Shown here one piece after another: positions 39,149 to 48,031 of a DNA stretch of 64,000 nucleotides. Made by a program: the position numbers and the translations under genes. Origin of the DNA: an uncultured Mycoplasmatota bacterium (GTDB lineage Bacteria > Bacillota_I > Bacilli_A > RF39 > UBA660); the NCBI GenBank assembly GCA_900553395.1, contig USDJ01000008.1, positions 2,689 to 66,688 on the forward strand, given 5' to 3'. The stretch's first letter is position 1; each line of letters opens with the position of its first letter. The notes below the pieces were generated by a model, which was not told where the DNA came from, did no database searches, and was given only the letters and a program-made list of their open reading frames with translations.

Positions 39149-40165
39149 TTAATTATTGATACCTGAAGTATTTATATTATCTAAATAATTAATTACTTCC
39201 TCAAAAGTCGATACTCCTACTATATTTATATTATAATTATACTTATCTTTTAATTTCAAAGCTTCGTCCAAATTCTCACCTATTGGGACTATAAACAAAT
39301 CTGCATTCTCTTTAACAGCACTTTTAAGCTTATATTCTACACCGCCTATGCTTCCAACATTACCATCTAAATCTATAGTTCCAGTGCCAACTATTTTTAA
39401 ACCTTTTGTAATGTCTTCTTTAGTTAAAGAATTGTATATTGAAAGAGCCATAATAAGTCCACCACTTGATCCTGATTCATTTTTATCTATACTAACACTT
39501 ATACTAGGAACAGTATTATATTCTCTTATATTACTAATTGCCATACCAATTTTTTTATTACCATCATCTTCTATTATATATGCATATTTATTTTTTGTAA
39601 CTTTGTCACTTATACAAGTTATCTTTATTTTATCGCCTATTTCTAAATTATTAATTATATCGCTTATATCTTCTTTTTTAATAATATCTATATCATTTAT
39701 CTTTAATATTTCGTCACCTATTTTTAAATTTGTATTAGCATTTTCTTTGATCAAAGTAACTAATAACTTACTAGAAGTTACATCTATTTTGGAGTCTGAA
39801 TACTTATATGCAACATAAATAGCATTGCTAACAGCTTCATTTATAAATATTTTATCTCTTAACGTATATTCTATATCGTTTTCTCCTTCAAGAATAACAT
39901 CTTCTTTTTTTAATACCTTCCAGTCTTTGTTAAACAAAGATAAAATAAGAGTTGGTATTGTTGCATTATATTCTTTTACATAGGCAAGATTAAAGCTTCC
40001 CTTACTTTCATATTTATCCATAACTATTTTATCACTTACATCACTGATACCACCTGGGGCATCTATGTAATAAGGAAACTTTATATTAAAAACAAAAAGC
40101 ATTATCAAAAAAAATATTATAAACTTATAATTTTCTTTTAAAATTTTTTTTATAGCTCTTATCAT
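39149..40165 (-). CDS. YlbL/SepM-type membrane protease (PDZ + Lon-like C-terminal domain)
   Basis: TM anchor, PDZ (LKIGDEILKINDI) and a Lon-like Ser context (ESGSSGGLIMAL ... GGVEYKLKSA). Confidence 0.75.
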   Translation of the reverse strand: MIRAIKKILKENYKFIIFFLIMLFVFNIKFPYYIDAPGGISDVSDKIVMDKYESKGSFNLAYVKEYNATIPTLILSLFNKDWKVLKKEDVILEGENDIEYTLRDKIFINEAVSNAIYVAYKYSDSKIDVTSSKLLVTLIKENANTNLKIGDEILKINDIDIIKKEDISDIINNLEIGDKIKITCISDKVTKNKYAYIIEDDGNKKIGMAISNIREYNTVPSISVSIDKNESGSSGGLIMALSIYNSLTKEDITKGLKIVGTGTIDLDGNVGSIGGVEYKLKSAVKENADLFIVPIGENLDEALKLKDKYNYNINIVGVSTFEEVINYLDNINTSGINN

Positions 40166-40236
40166 ATAATCACCTAATATATATTTATGATATCACTTAT
40201 AATTTTATTTATCAATAAAAAAGTAGACTACAAAGT

Positions 40237-41238
40237 CTACATTCTTAACATTTTTTGATAATTATTTAATTCTGGATCTATACTTTCTGTTGGTTCAATA
40301 GCATTCTTGTTTTTTCCATCACAATGTAACATTCCATCAGTTGCATTATAATAAACGTCATCTGGATTTTCAAGACCATTTAAATAATCTTGATAGCTTG
40401 CCCAAACATTTCCATAAGAATCTGTATAAGCACCACTATTTTGATTAGAATTTTCTGTTGGAGCTGTTGGAGCTGTTGGTGCAACAGTTTCTGTTGGAGT
40501 TGTTGGCTCTTGAGTTTCTTCAATAGTTGGTTTAGTTGTCGTATATTTAGGATTATTTAAAACCTCTTCATAGCGTGCTTTTTCAACTAGAGTTCCTTTA
40601 GCTATAACAAGTGTTCCTGTTGATTTATAGTAAATATCATATTGTGAATAAACATATTTTCCAACTTGATCTATAGGAACATACTCTCCTCTTCCAGAAT
40701 CCCAAGCATAACCATCAGGTATATTGCTTCCTGTTCCTTGATCTATAATATTATTATCAGGATCAACTACTATATATCCTGGATCACTATCGATTATATC
40801 AGAAGTGTTATTGTTATTAGAACCATTCTCTGCATTATTACGAGCGTCATCATCTACATAATAAGTTCCATCTTTACCTACAACAATACTTCCTATATCT
40901 ACATTACCTGTAACATTACCATATTGTCTTTGTGAATTAGAATCTATAGCAATACCTTTTCCTAAATCATTTAGTGATCTATCACTTAAGTCATCAAAGC
41001 TTGAAGTAGTATACTTTTTATTAGAAGTTGATTTCTTATTTTTACTCCTATTTTTTAATAAAAAACCTGTAATTCCAGTAGTAGCAACTAAGAAAAAAGC
41101 TATTAATGATACCACGAATCTTTTTCTTTTTTTCTTTGGCTTTTTAGGTGCACTTACACTTTCGTTAGCCATACACGCATTTTTTTCGGCAATTACTCTA
41201 TCAGCATATTCTTCAAATTTTATATCTTCTTCTGTCAT
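40237..41238 (-). CDS. Single-pass membrane protein, unknown family
   Basis: Basic stretch plus TM (FVVSLIAFFLVATTGITGFLL). Extracellular part has a PT-rich linker (PTTPTETVAPTAPTAPT). Confidence 0.5.
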   Translation of the reverse strand: MTEEDIKFEEYADRVIAEKNACMANESVSAPKKPKKKRKRFVVSLIAFFLVATTGITGFLLKNRSKNKKSTSNKKYTTSSFDDLSDRSLNDLGKGIAIDSNSQRQYGNVTGNVDIGSIVVGKDGTYYVDDDARNNAENGSNNNNTSDIIDSDPGYIVVDPDNNIIDQGTGSNIPDGYAWDSGRGEYVPIDQVGKYVYSQYDIYYKSTGTLVIAKGTLVEKARYEEVLNNPKYTTTKPTIEETQEPTTPTETVAPTAPTAPTENSNQNSGAYTDSYGNVWASYQDYLNGLENPDDVYYNATDGMLHCDGKNKNAIEPTESIDPELNNYQKMLRM

Positions 41239-41344
41239 AATAAATCCCTCTTTCTTTTAAAATTATATGTGCGTTTTTAATTGATGCACTATATACTAGC
41301 ATATTTTAATCGTTTTGTCAATTTATTCATATTTATGTAGTAAG

Positions 41345-41370
41345 AAAAAAAGAAATAAAAAACTATTTCT
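41345..41370 (-). terminator. Rho-independent terminator
   Basis: Minus strand AGAAATA-loop-TATTTCT followed by TTTTTT. Confidence 0.6.
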
Positions 41371-42199
41371 TATTGTTATAACATAAAAGGATATTTTTTA
41401 AGAACATTGCCACATTTATTGGTCCTATACCACCTATCGCTGGAGTAATTATAGATGCCTTTTTCTTGACATTTTCAAAATCGACATCACCATAAACTTT
41501 ACCTGATACAACACTTAGCCCAGCATCTATTACAACTGCTCCATCTTTAACCATTTCGCTAGTTACAAGATCTTTTTTCCCAGCAGCACTTATTATTATA
41601 TCCGCAAATGATGTATAATGCTTAAGGTCAACAGTTTTACTATGACAAACGCTAACAGTAGCACCTTCACTTAATAATACATTTATGAGTGGTCTTCCAA
41701 CAAGTTTTCCCTTGCCTATTATAGTTACATTTTTTCCTTCAAGTTCTACTTTATATTTTTTTAATACTTCCATAATAGCTTGAATAGTACAAGGAACAAT
41801 TGTCTTTCTACCACTTATAAGTCTTCCTATATTGATGTCAGTAAGTCCATCTATATCTTTACTATTAATAATAGTATTTAATATTCTTTTTTCATTATAT
41901 CTTTCTGGAATTGGAAGTTGTACCATAATACCATTAACATAATCATCATTATTTAATTCTTTTATTTTATTTATTATAGTGAGTTCCGGAGTGTCATCTT
42001 CAAAGTTAAAGTATCTGAAATATATTCCAGCCTTGCTACAAGCTTCCTCTTTAACTTTTATATATTTTTCACTTATAGCATTAGTGCCTATTTGTATAAC
42101 TGCAACACTGGGTCTTATTATACATCCTTTAATGCTCTGTTTTACCTCATCTTGTATTTCTTTACTTATTTCATTTCCATCTACTATAATACTATCCAT
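41363..42199 (-). CDS. folD: Bifunctional methylenetetrahydrofolate dehydrogenase/cyclohydrolase
   Basis: Typical FolD pattern: ...YIKVKEEACSKAGI..., VQLPIP, GKNVTIIGKGKLVGRP, ITPAIGGIGP. Confidence 0.9.
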   Translation of the reverse strand: MDSIIVDGNEISKEIQDEVKQSIKGCIIRPSVAVIQIGTNAISEKYIKVKEEACSKAGIYFRYFNFEDDTPELTIINKIKELNNDDYVNGIMVQLPIPERYNEKRILNTIINSKDIDGLTDINIGRLISGRKTIVPCTIQAIMEVLKKYKVELEGKNVTIIGKGKLVGRPLINVLLSEGATVSVCHSKTVDLKHYTSFADIIISAAGKKDLVTSEMVKDGAVVIDAGLSVVSGKVYGDVDFENVKKKASIITPAIGGIGPINVAMFLKNILLCYNNKK

Positions 42200-42327
42200 A
42201 TAATATAATCATCTCCAATATTACTTTCATTGTAATTCAATTATAACAAATCCATAAGATAGGTTGTCAAGACTTAACACTATTATTAAATGTATTTGAC
42301 ATTTTTAGTGTAAAATAAAAAAATTGG

Positions 42328-43497
42328 TTAAAAATTAAACATTAACCAATCTTGTTTAAAAATCATAAGTATACCTATCAATATCATTATAATGCCACCT
42401 ACAAGATGAGAATATTTTGTATATTTATTAGATATTCCAGTAAGTTTTAGTGATGTCATAGCTATTATAAATACCACTATATCATCAATCATAAACATAA
42501 GCATATATATTAACATATATAATGAATATTCTAGTTTGGATAAATTATTTAATGAAAGAATTTCAATAAACATAGCTGGCAATCCAGCTGAGCAAGCAAG
42601 TTCTACTAAGTTAACAGATATAGCAAGTAACATTATTCCAATAATTGAAATAACAAAGTGTTTTTCTGATACTATATCTTTTATCCTATCCATTATTTTT
42701 TTCTTTTTCTTCTTATCAGTAACTTGACATCCAGTATTATTTTTTAAACTCTTTTTAAAACTTACCAAATTAATAGTTCCGCCTATTAGAGCTACAAGCG
42801 CTATAACATATTTAAACAAGGAACCTACACTAGAGTTAGCTAAGGCTAAAATTCCTGTCATAAACGCCATATAAACAAGAGCAGATGTTACTAAGAATAC
42901 AATTCCTAGGGTCCACATTTTTTTCCTATCTTTCATGTTAAATAACATGCTAATTAAAAATATTAAAACCCACATAGCACATGGATTAAATCCATCAACA
43001 AATCCTATTAATGCAGAAATAAGTGGTAAAGAAATATTTTTAGCGTTAAATATAATTTTTTTACCAAATATATTTAATACCTTATCAGCACTTTTTGTGT
43101 AAATTTCTTTATTTTTATCTACACACGATTTTATATCCTTATTTTGAATTATATCTTCAACCACGTCACAATGTTCTTTTTCGCTATAAGATTCTATCAT
43201 TGAATCTATATTATTTTTTATTTCATCACTATACCCTATAACATAGTCACTTCCTATTATAGTAAGTGGTACAGATGACTCTTTTATATTTAATTCTTTT
43301 CTAACTTTACTAAGCAAATTGGAATAAGAACTAACTTCGTAATATTTTACATTAACGTCATCTAAAGTCTTCAAATACTCAATCTCTCTTTTGCAATGAG
43401 GACAAGAATCACTGTGAAATAAATAAACATTCACTTTAGCACTTGCTAAAGGAATAAATAAAAATAAAGCAAAAAAAGTCAATAATATTTTTTTCAT
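42328..43497 (-). CDS. Secreted thioredoxin-fold domain fused to a multi-pass membrane domain (CcdA/DsbD-like)
   Basis: Signal peptide, CPHC (HSDSCPHCKRE), then ~6 TM helices with GFNPCAMW and ELACSAGLP. The start overlaps the upstream gene (ATGA). Confidence 0.55.
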   Translation of the reverse strand: MKKILLTFFALFLFIPLASAKVNVYLFHSDSCPHCKREIEYLKTLDDVNVKYYEVSSYSNLLSKVRKELNIKESSVPLTIIGSDYVIGYSDEIKNNIDSMIESYSEKEHCDVVEDIIQNKDIKSCVDKNKEIYTKSADKVLNIFGKKIIFNAKNISLPLISALIGFVDGFNPCAMWVLIFLISMLFNMKDRKKMWTLGIVFLVTSALVYMAFMTGILALANSSVGSLFKYVIALVALIGGTINLVSFKKSLKNNTGCQVTDKKKKKKIMDRIKDIVSEKHFVISIIGIMLLAISVNLVELACSAGLPAMFIEILSLNNLSKLEYSLYMLIYMLMFMIDDIVVFIIAMTSLKLTGISNKYTKYSHLVGGIIMILIGILMIFKQDWLMFNF

Positions 43498-43742
43498 GAT
43501 AACTCCAAAAACCTTTCTATCTCAGCTTTAGAATGCTCTCCTATAAGCCTTTCTTGCTCCTTACCATTTACTAGTTTAATATAAACCGGTAAAATATCTC
43601 CTACATTATATTTTTCTATATCATCAGTATCATAATCTAAAGAAACTATGTCGATATTTTTATCTTTTATAATACTATTAAGCCTAGATTTCATAATCAA
43701 GCAACTGCTACACCATATAGCATCTATTTTTATAAATTTCAT
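43494..43742 (-). CDS. Small thioredoxin-like protein
   Basis: 82 aa with a WCSSC CxxC motif at the expected position. Confidence 0.6.
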   Translation of the reverse strand: MKFIKIDAIWCSSCLIMKSRLNSIIKDKNIDIVSLDYDTDDIEKYNVGDILPVYIKLVNGKEQERLIGEHSKAEIERFLELS

Positions 43743-43745
43743 ATT

Positions 43746-44324
43746 TTACTCCTTTATTTTTACACCTAACAATCTAACTAGATAAATAGATTGTGAAATA
43801 TCAATGACTGCTCCTTTTAAATCTGAAAGTTTAATATTTATTCCACTAATGTTACAACTGGATAAATCAATATTCTTTAGTGTAGTATCAAGTACTTCGC
43901 TATCCTTAAAGTTTACGCAGTCTAGTTTTATATTTTTTAATTCTAAATTTAAATATGTAGATATAGAAAAATCAGAGTTATCAATATCTACATTCTTTAT
44001 TTTTGAATTAGATACATTCACAAGCTTACAAACACTATCGCTTATCTTAACATTTAAAATACTACAATCTATAAAATTAACTCCTAGCATTTTACAATTT
44101 ATAAATGTAACCTCATATAAACTTGCATTAATAAACTTTACATTAGATAAATCGCAAGAAATAAAAATTGTGTTTGAAATATAAGTATTAATATAATCAT
44201 CTTCTGCTAGTACAACATTATTAAACTTGCAATTAGATATTTCATTATATTTTTTAAAATCAACAGATGCATCGTTAAATTCCATACTATCTAAATATTC
44301 TGTATCTACATCTATCTTAGACAT
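43746..44324 (-). CDS. Pentapeptide-repeat protein
   Basis: Continuous A(D/N)LxX-type 5-residue periodicity (e.g. CDLSNVKFINASLYEVTFINCKMLGVNFIDCSILNVKISDS). Confidence 0.8.
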   Translation of the reverse strand: MSKIDVDTEYLDSMEFNDASVDFKKYNEISNCKFNNVVLAEDDYINTYISNTIFISCDLSNVKFINASLYEVTFINCKMLGVNFIDCSILNVKISDSVCKLVNVSNSKIKNVDIDNSDFSISTYLNLELKNIKLDCVNFKDSEVLDTTLKNIDLSSCNISGINIKLSDLKGAVIDISQSIYLVRLLGVKIKE

Positions 44325-45436
44325 GAAAGTTCCTTATAACACTTATAAAAGCATTCAAGAAAATAATCCAACTCTTCTTTTTTTGTTAAATAAGATAAAC
44401 TAATTCTAATACTGTGCTCAGCTATATGATCTTCGTGTGTTAATGCATATACTGCCCTAGATCTTGTGGATGAGGATGAACAAGCACTTTGAGTGGATAT
44501 ATATATATCATATTTTTCTAATGCGTGAAGCATAGTTTCTGGCTTAACTTTTAATACGCTAATATTTAAAATATGTGGTATGCACGAATCATTACTATTT
44601 ATTGTTACATCGTCATATTTTTTTAAATTGTCTTTCAAATAATTGTTTAAATATTTTACTTTTTCTTCTTTTTCTAAAATACCATCTAATGCGAGTCTTA
44701 ATGCCTTGCTTATAGAAACAATTAATGGAAGACAAGGTGTTCCACTCCTATATACACTAGTACTTTTTCCACCATGTATTATTGGTGTAAGCTCTATTTT
44801 TTCTTTTTTTATAAGCACTCCTATTCCTTTAATTCCAAAAAACTTATGAGCAGAAAAACTTGCGAGATCAACACAAGACATATCTACATCTATCTTTCCA
44901 ACAGCTTGAGTCATATCTGAATGAAAAAAGCACTTTGGATATTTTGACAATATTTTTGAAATTTCTGCTAAAGGTTGCTTAATACCAATTTCACTATTAA
45001 CAGCACTTATACTTACTAATATTGTGTCATCTCTAATTAAAGACTCTAAATCTTCTAAATTAACAGTACCATCTGAATTAAGCTTTACAAAATCCACCTC
45101 ATACCCATTATCAACTAGATAATTTATTGGCCCATATATAGAGGAATGCTCAAGTTCAGTTGTAATAATATGCTTGCCCCTATTTTTATATTTATCGCAG
45201 ATTCCTTTTATTGCTAAATTATTTGATTCGCTAGCACCACTTGTATAAATTATTTCTTTTTCTTTAACTTTTAGAAGACGTGCAATCTGACTAGTTGCAC
45301 TATCTATAACTTTTTTTGCTTCAACACCTAATTTATGCAAAGAATTAGGATTACCTATATATTCATGTGCTAAAACGAAACTATCTAAGACTTCTTTATT
45401 AGCTTTTGTTGTAGCACTATAATCTAAATATACCAT
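44312..45436 (-). CDS. Cysteine desulfurase (NifS/IscS-type class V aminotransferase)
   Basis: PLP-Lys context SFSAHKFFGIKGIG and the active-site loop STQSACSS. Confidence 0.85.
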   Translation of the reverse strand: MVYLDYSATTKANKEVLDSFVLAHEYIGNPNSLHKLGVEAKKVIDSATSQIARLLKVKEKEIIYTSGASESNNLAIKGICDKYKNRGKHIITTELEHSSIYGPINYLVDNGYEVDFVKLNSDGTVNLEDLESLIRDDTILVSISAVNSEIGIKQPLAEISKILSKYPKCFFHSDMTQAVGKIDVDMSCVDLASFSAHKFFGIKGIGVLIKKEKIELTPIIHGGKSTSVYRSGTPCLPLIVSISKALRLALDGILEKEEKVKYLNNYLKDNLKKYDDVTINSNDSCIPHILNISVLKVKPETMLHALEKYDIYISTQSACSSSSTRSRAVYALTHEDHIAEHSIRISLSYLTKKEELDYFLECFYKCYKELSCLR

Positions 45437-45472
45437 ACAATTCACCTATCACATTATATCACAGCATTAAGC

Positions 45473-45494
45473 AAAAAAAAAGAGGTTAACCTCT
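45473..45494 (-). terminator. Rho-independent terminator after the micro-ORFs
   Basis: AGAGGTTAACCTCT palindrome followed by T8 on the minus strand. Confidence 0.7.
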
Positions 45495-45497
45495 TTT

Positions 45498-45626
45498 CTA
45501 GTATAAACAAGATCCTAGTATAATAGCAAGTAAAATGTATAATACAATTATTATAACGAATCCACTATTATTCTTACAACATCTTGTTGTTTCAACAGTA
45601 TTATTACAAGAGTTATTTGTACTCAT
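45498..45626 (-). CDS. YjcZ-family sporulation micro-protein (42 aa)
   Basis: Not in the ORF track. AAGGAGGTG RBS. Product: MSTNNSCNNTVETTRCCKNNSGFVIIIVLYILLAIILGSCLY. Confidence 0.65.
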   Translation of the reverse strand: MSTNNSCNNTVETTRCCKNNSGFVIIIVLYILLAIILGSCLY

Positions 45627-45638
45627 CTTGACACCTCC

Positions 45639-45725
45639 TTAAATATAAGCTCCAAGTATGATTATTAAAAGAATAAATAATACTAAAACTATAGCTGCTC
45701 CAGATACACCAGAATTACAACACAT
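45639..45725 (-). CDS. YjcZ-family sporulation micro-protein (28 aa)
   Basis: Not in the ORF track. GGAGGAAAG RBS. Product: MCCNSGVSGAAIVLVLFILLIIILGAYI. Confidence 0.65.
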   Translation of the reverse strand: MCCNSGVSGAAIVLVLFILLIIILGAYI

Positions 45726-45877
45726 ATAATCTTTCCTCCTTTTTTTATCTTTTCAAAGTATTTTATGAAATTTTTGTAAATATGTGAGCAATTCTGTTGA
45801 ATTTTAAATATTATTTTGTTAAAATATTAGTTGTATGATGAAATACATCGTATTTATTATAGAAAGGAGAGGCTAAA

Positions 45878-47182
45878 ATGCCAAAAAATACCGAAGAAAA
45901 AAATACAAAAGGTAAAAAAACTGTAACTGGTAAGACAGCTTCAAAAAAGACAACTGCACCAAGTAAAAAAAGTGTAAGTGCTAAAAAAACTGAAAAAGTC
46001 GTAAAAAAGCCTGAAGTAAAAAAAGAAACAACTGTCGTAAAAGAAGTTGAAAAGGTTGAAAAAGTTGAATCTGTTAAACCACAAAAAAGACTTGAAAAGA
46101 AAGGACAATTTAACGATATAATCGAAAAAGTAACAGAAGATACTCCACTTGTAGTTGCGCTATGCGTAATCTTAATATTAATTGCTTTGCTTATATTTGT
46201 TTCTTGCAATAAAAGAATTCCTAAAACTTCTAAGGGTGAAGAAATTGTTGCTACTATAAAAGGAAAGACTTTTACTGCAGATGATTTATATCAAGGATTA
46301 AAAGAGAAATACGGAACTGATGCTTTAATAAACTTAATAGATGAATATATTACTGAAAAAGAAGTTACAATAACTAAAAAAGATAAAGAATATGTTCAAG
46401 AAGTTGTAGATTACTATAAAAATTATGCTGATTATTATAAAGTTGATTTAGCTACTTTCCTATCAAATTATATGGGATTAAGTGGAATAAGTGATGAAGA
46501 TGGTTTTTATGATTTCGTTATGAAAGATTATAAAAAATCATTAGCTGTTCAAAAATTTATTGGAGATAACGCTAAAGAAGAAGATTTAAAGAAATATTAT
46601 AAAGAAAACTATTCTGATTCATTAACTGTTAAACACATCTTAATTCAAGTTGATAGTAGTAATGAAGATAGTGATGCAGCAGATAAAGAAGCTTATAATA
46701 AAGCTGTTGAAGTTATAAATAAATTAAACGATACTGATAGTGATAATTTAAATTCTAAATTTGATGAATTAGCTCAAGAATATTCAGATGACACTGCTAC
46801 TTACTCTAATGGAGGATTAATTGAAAATGTTACAAAAACTAGCGTTGAAGAATCATTCTTTAATGCAGCTAATAGTCTTAAAGATGGAAAATATACAGAT
46901 AAACCAGTTAAAACAAGTTATGGTTATCATGTAATCTTAAGAATAAGTTCTACTAAAGCTAAAGAATACAAAGAAATCAAAGATGAAGTTAAATTAGCTT
47001 ATGCTAAGAGTTTATTATCAGCTGATTCATCTCTACAAGTTACAAAATGGGATGAACTAAGAAAACAATATAAATTATCTATTAAAGATGACAATATTAA
47101 AGAATTATATGAAAAAGTTATAAAAGATGCTAAAAACTCAAAGAATGAAAATTCCGAAAGTTCTGAAAGCTCTGAGAACTAA
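45878..47182 (+). CDS. prsA: PrsA-like foldase (parvulin-type peptidyl-prolyl isomerase) with Lys-rich N-terminal extension and TM anchor
   Basis: GGAGAGG RBS. TM helix (LVVALCVILILIALLIFV). Parvulin core VKHILIQ...YSDD...GGL...GYHVIL. Confidence 0.75.
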   Translation: MPKNTEEKNTKGKKTVTGKTASKKTTAPSKKSVSAKKTEKVVKKPEVKKETTVVKEVEKVEKVESVKPQKRLEKKGQFNDIIEKVTEDTPLVVALCVILILIALLIFVSCNKRIPKTSKGEEIVATIKGKTFTADDLYQGLKEKYGTDALINLIDEYITEKEVTITKKDKEYVQEVVDYYKNYADYYKVDLATFLSNYMGLSGISDEDGFYDFVMKDYKKSLAVQKFIGDNAKEEDLKKYYKENYSDSLTVKHILIQVDSSNEDSDAADKEAYNKAVEVINKLNDTDSDNLNSKFDELAQEYSDDTATYSNGGLIENVTKTSVEESFFNAANSLKDGKYTDKPVKTSYGYHVILRISSTKAKEYKEIKDEVKLAYAKSLLSADSSLQVTKWDELRKQYKLSIKDDNIKELYEKVIKDAKNSKNENSESSESSEN

Positions 47183-47210
47183 AAGAAGGTTTAAAAACCT
47201 TCTTTTTTTG
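47183..47210. terminator. Bidirectional terminator between convergent prsA-like and recX genes
   Basis: AAGAAGGTT-loop-AACCTTCTT followed by T-runs. Confidence 0.65.
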
Positions 47211-47976
47211 ATTCTAATAATTTACTAACTTTGTCTGATTCAAATCCCTTAGATAAAAGATTATATTTTATTTTCATAAATAGTTCCTGACCAGAATACT
47301 TTTTAACAAGCTTATTATATAATTTAAGGTATTCTTTTTCTAAAATATCGTCATTATCCTTTTTTAAATTTGAATCTATTATTTCTTCAACTATTTGTTT
47401 TGAATATCCAAGGTTTATCATTTCATTCATAATTTTTTGCTTTAAATGATAATTTGAATGCTTTTTATTAGCATTTATTTTTTTTAATATAGCTTTTTCT
47501 AGTTTAGAATTCAAAAGACCTGTATCAACTTTTTTTAGTTCTATATCGATAACATCTTCTGGTATTTCCTGACTTAAAAGCTCTATTCTTATTTTATTTA
47601 TACCTTGATTGCTTAAATAAATTTTGTCATTTATATAAGCTTTACAATACTCATAGTCATTTATTATATTTAAATCTTCTAACTTTTCTATGATACTATT
47701 AATATCATTATAAGATAAATCATTAAAATATTTCTTTAAATATTCTATAGATTCTTTTTTACTTCTTCTCTTTTTCATTATATATTTTACTAGTTTATTA
47801 TAAGCATCAAAATATTTAGTACTTGAAACTATCTTTTTATAAAGGTCTTTATCTATATCTTTCTTGTATAATAAATTATACATCAAAATAACATTATCAT
47901 AAGTTATTATGAAATCATCATCTAAGAATATTTTATATTTATTATTTTTTAGCTTTTCTATTTTTTTTATATTCAT
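47191..47976 (-). CDS. recX: RecX-family regulatory protein
   Basis: Typical start ...KIEKLKNNKYKIFLDD.. and a repeated three-helix architecture. Assigned by eye. Confidence 0.6.
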   Translation of the reverse strand: MNIKKIEKLKNNKYKIFLDDDFIITYDNVILMYNLLYKKDIDKDLYKKIVSSTKYFDAYNKLVKYIMKKRRSKKESIEYLKKYFNDLSYNDINSIIEKLEDLNIINDYEYCKAYINDKIYLSNQGINKIRIELLSQEIPEDVIDIELKKVDTGLLNSKLEKAILKKINANKKHSNYHLKQKIMNEMINLGYSKQIVEEIIDSNLKKDNDDILEKEYLKLYNKLVKKYSGQELFMKIKYNLLSKGFESDKVSKLLESKKEGF

Positions 47977-48031
47977 AAAACCACCTAAAAATATATTAAC
48001 ACAAACAAATGTTTTAGTCAAGAAAAGGATA

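Noticed and set aside
40440-40520. Short tandem GGAGCTGTTGG-type repeats that could suggest a repeat array.
   Set aside because: They are in-frame coding repeats for a PTAPTAPT linker of the membrane protein 40237..41238. There is no spacer/repeat organisation and no cas genes, so this is not CRISPR.
45811-46209. 132-aa minus-strand ORF overlapping the prsA-like gene start.
   Set aside because: It is antisense to the Lys-rich (AAA/AAG) N-terminal extension, which gives a spurious F/S/T-rich frame. The + strand gene has an RBS and a recognisable PPIase domain.
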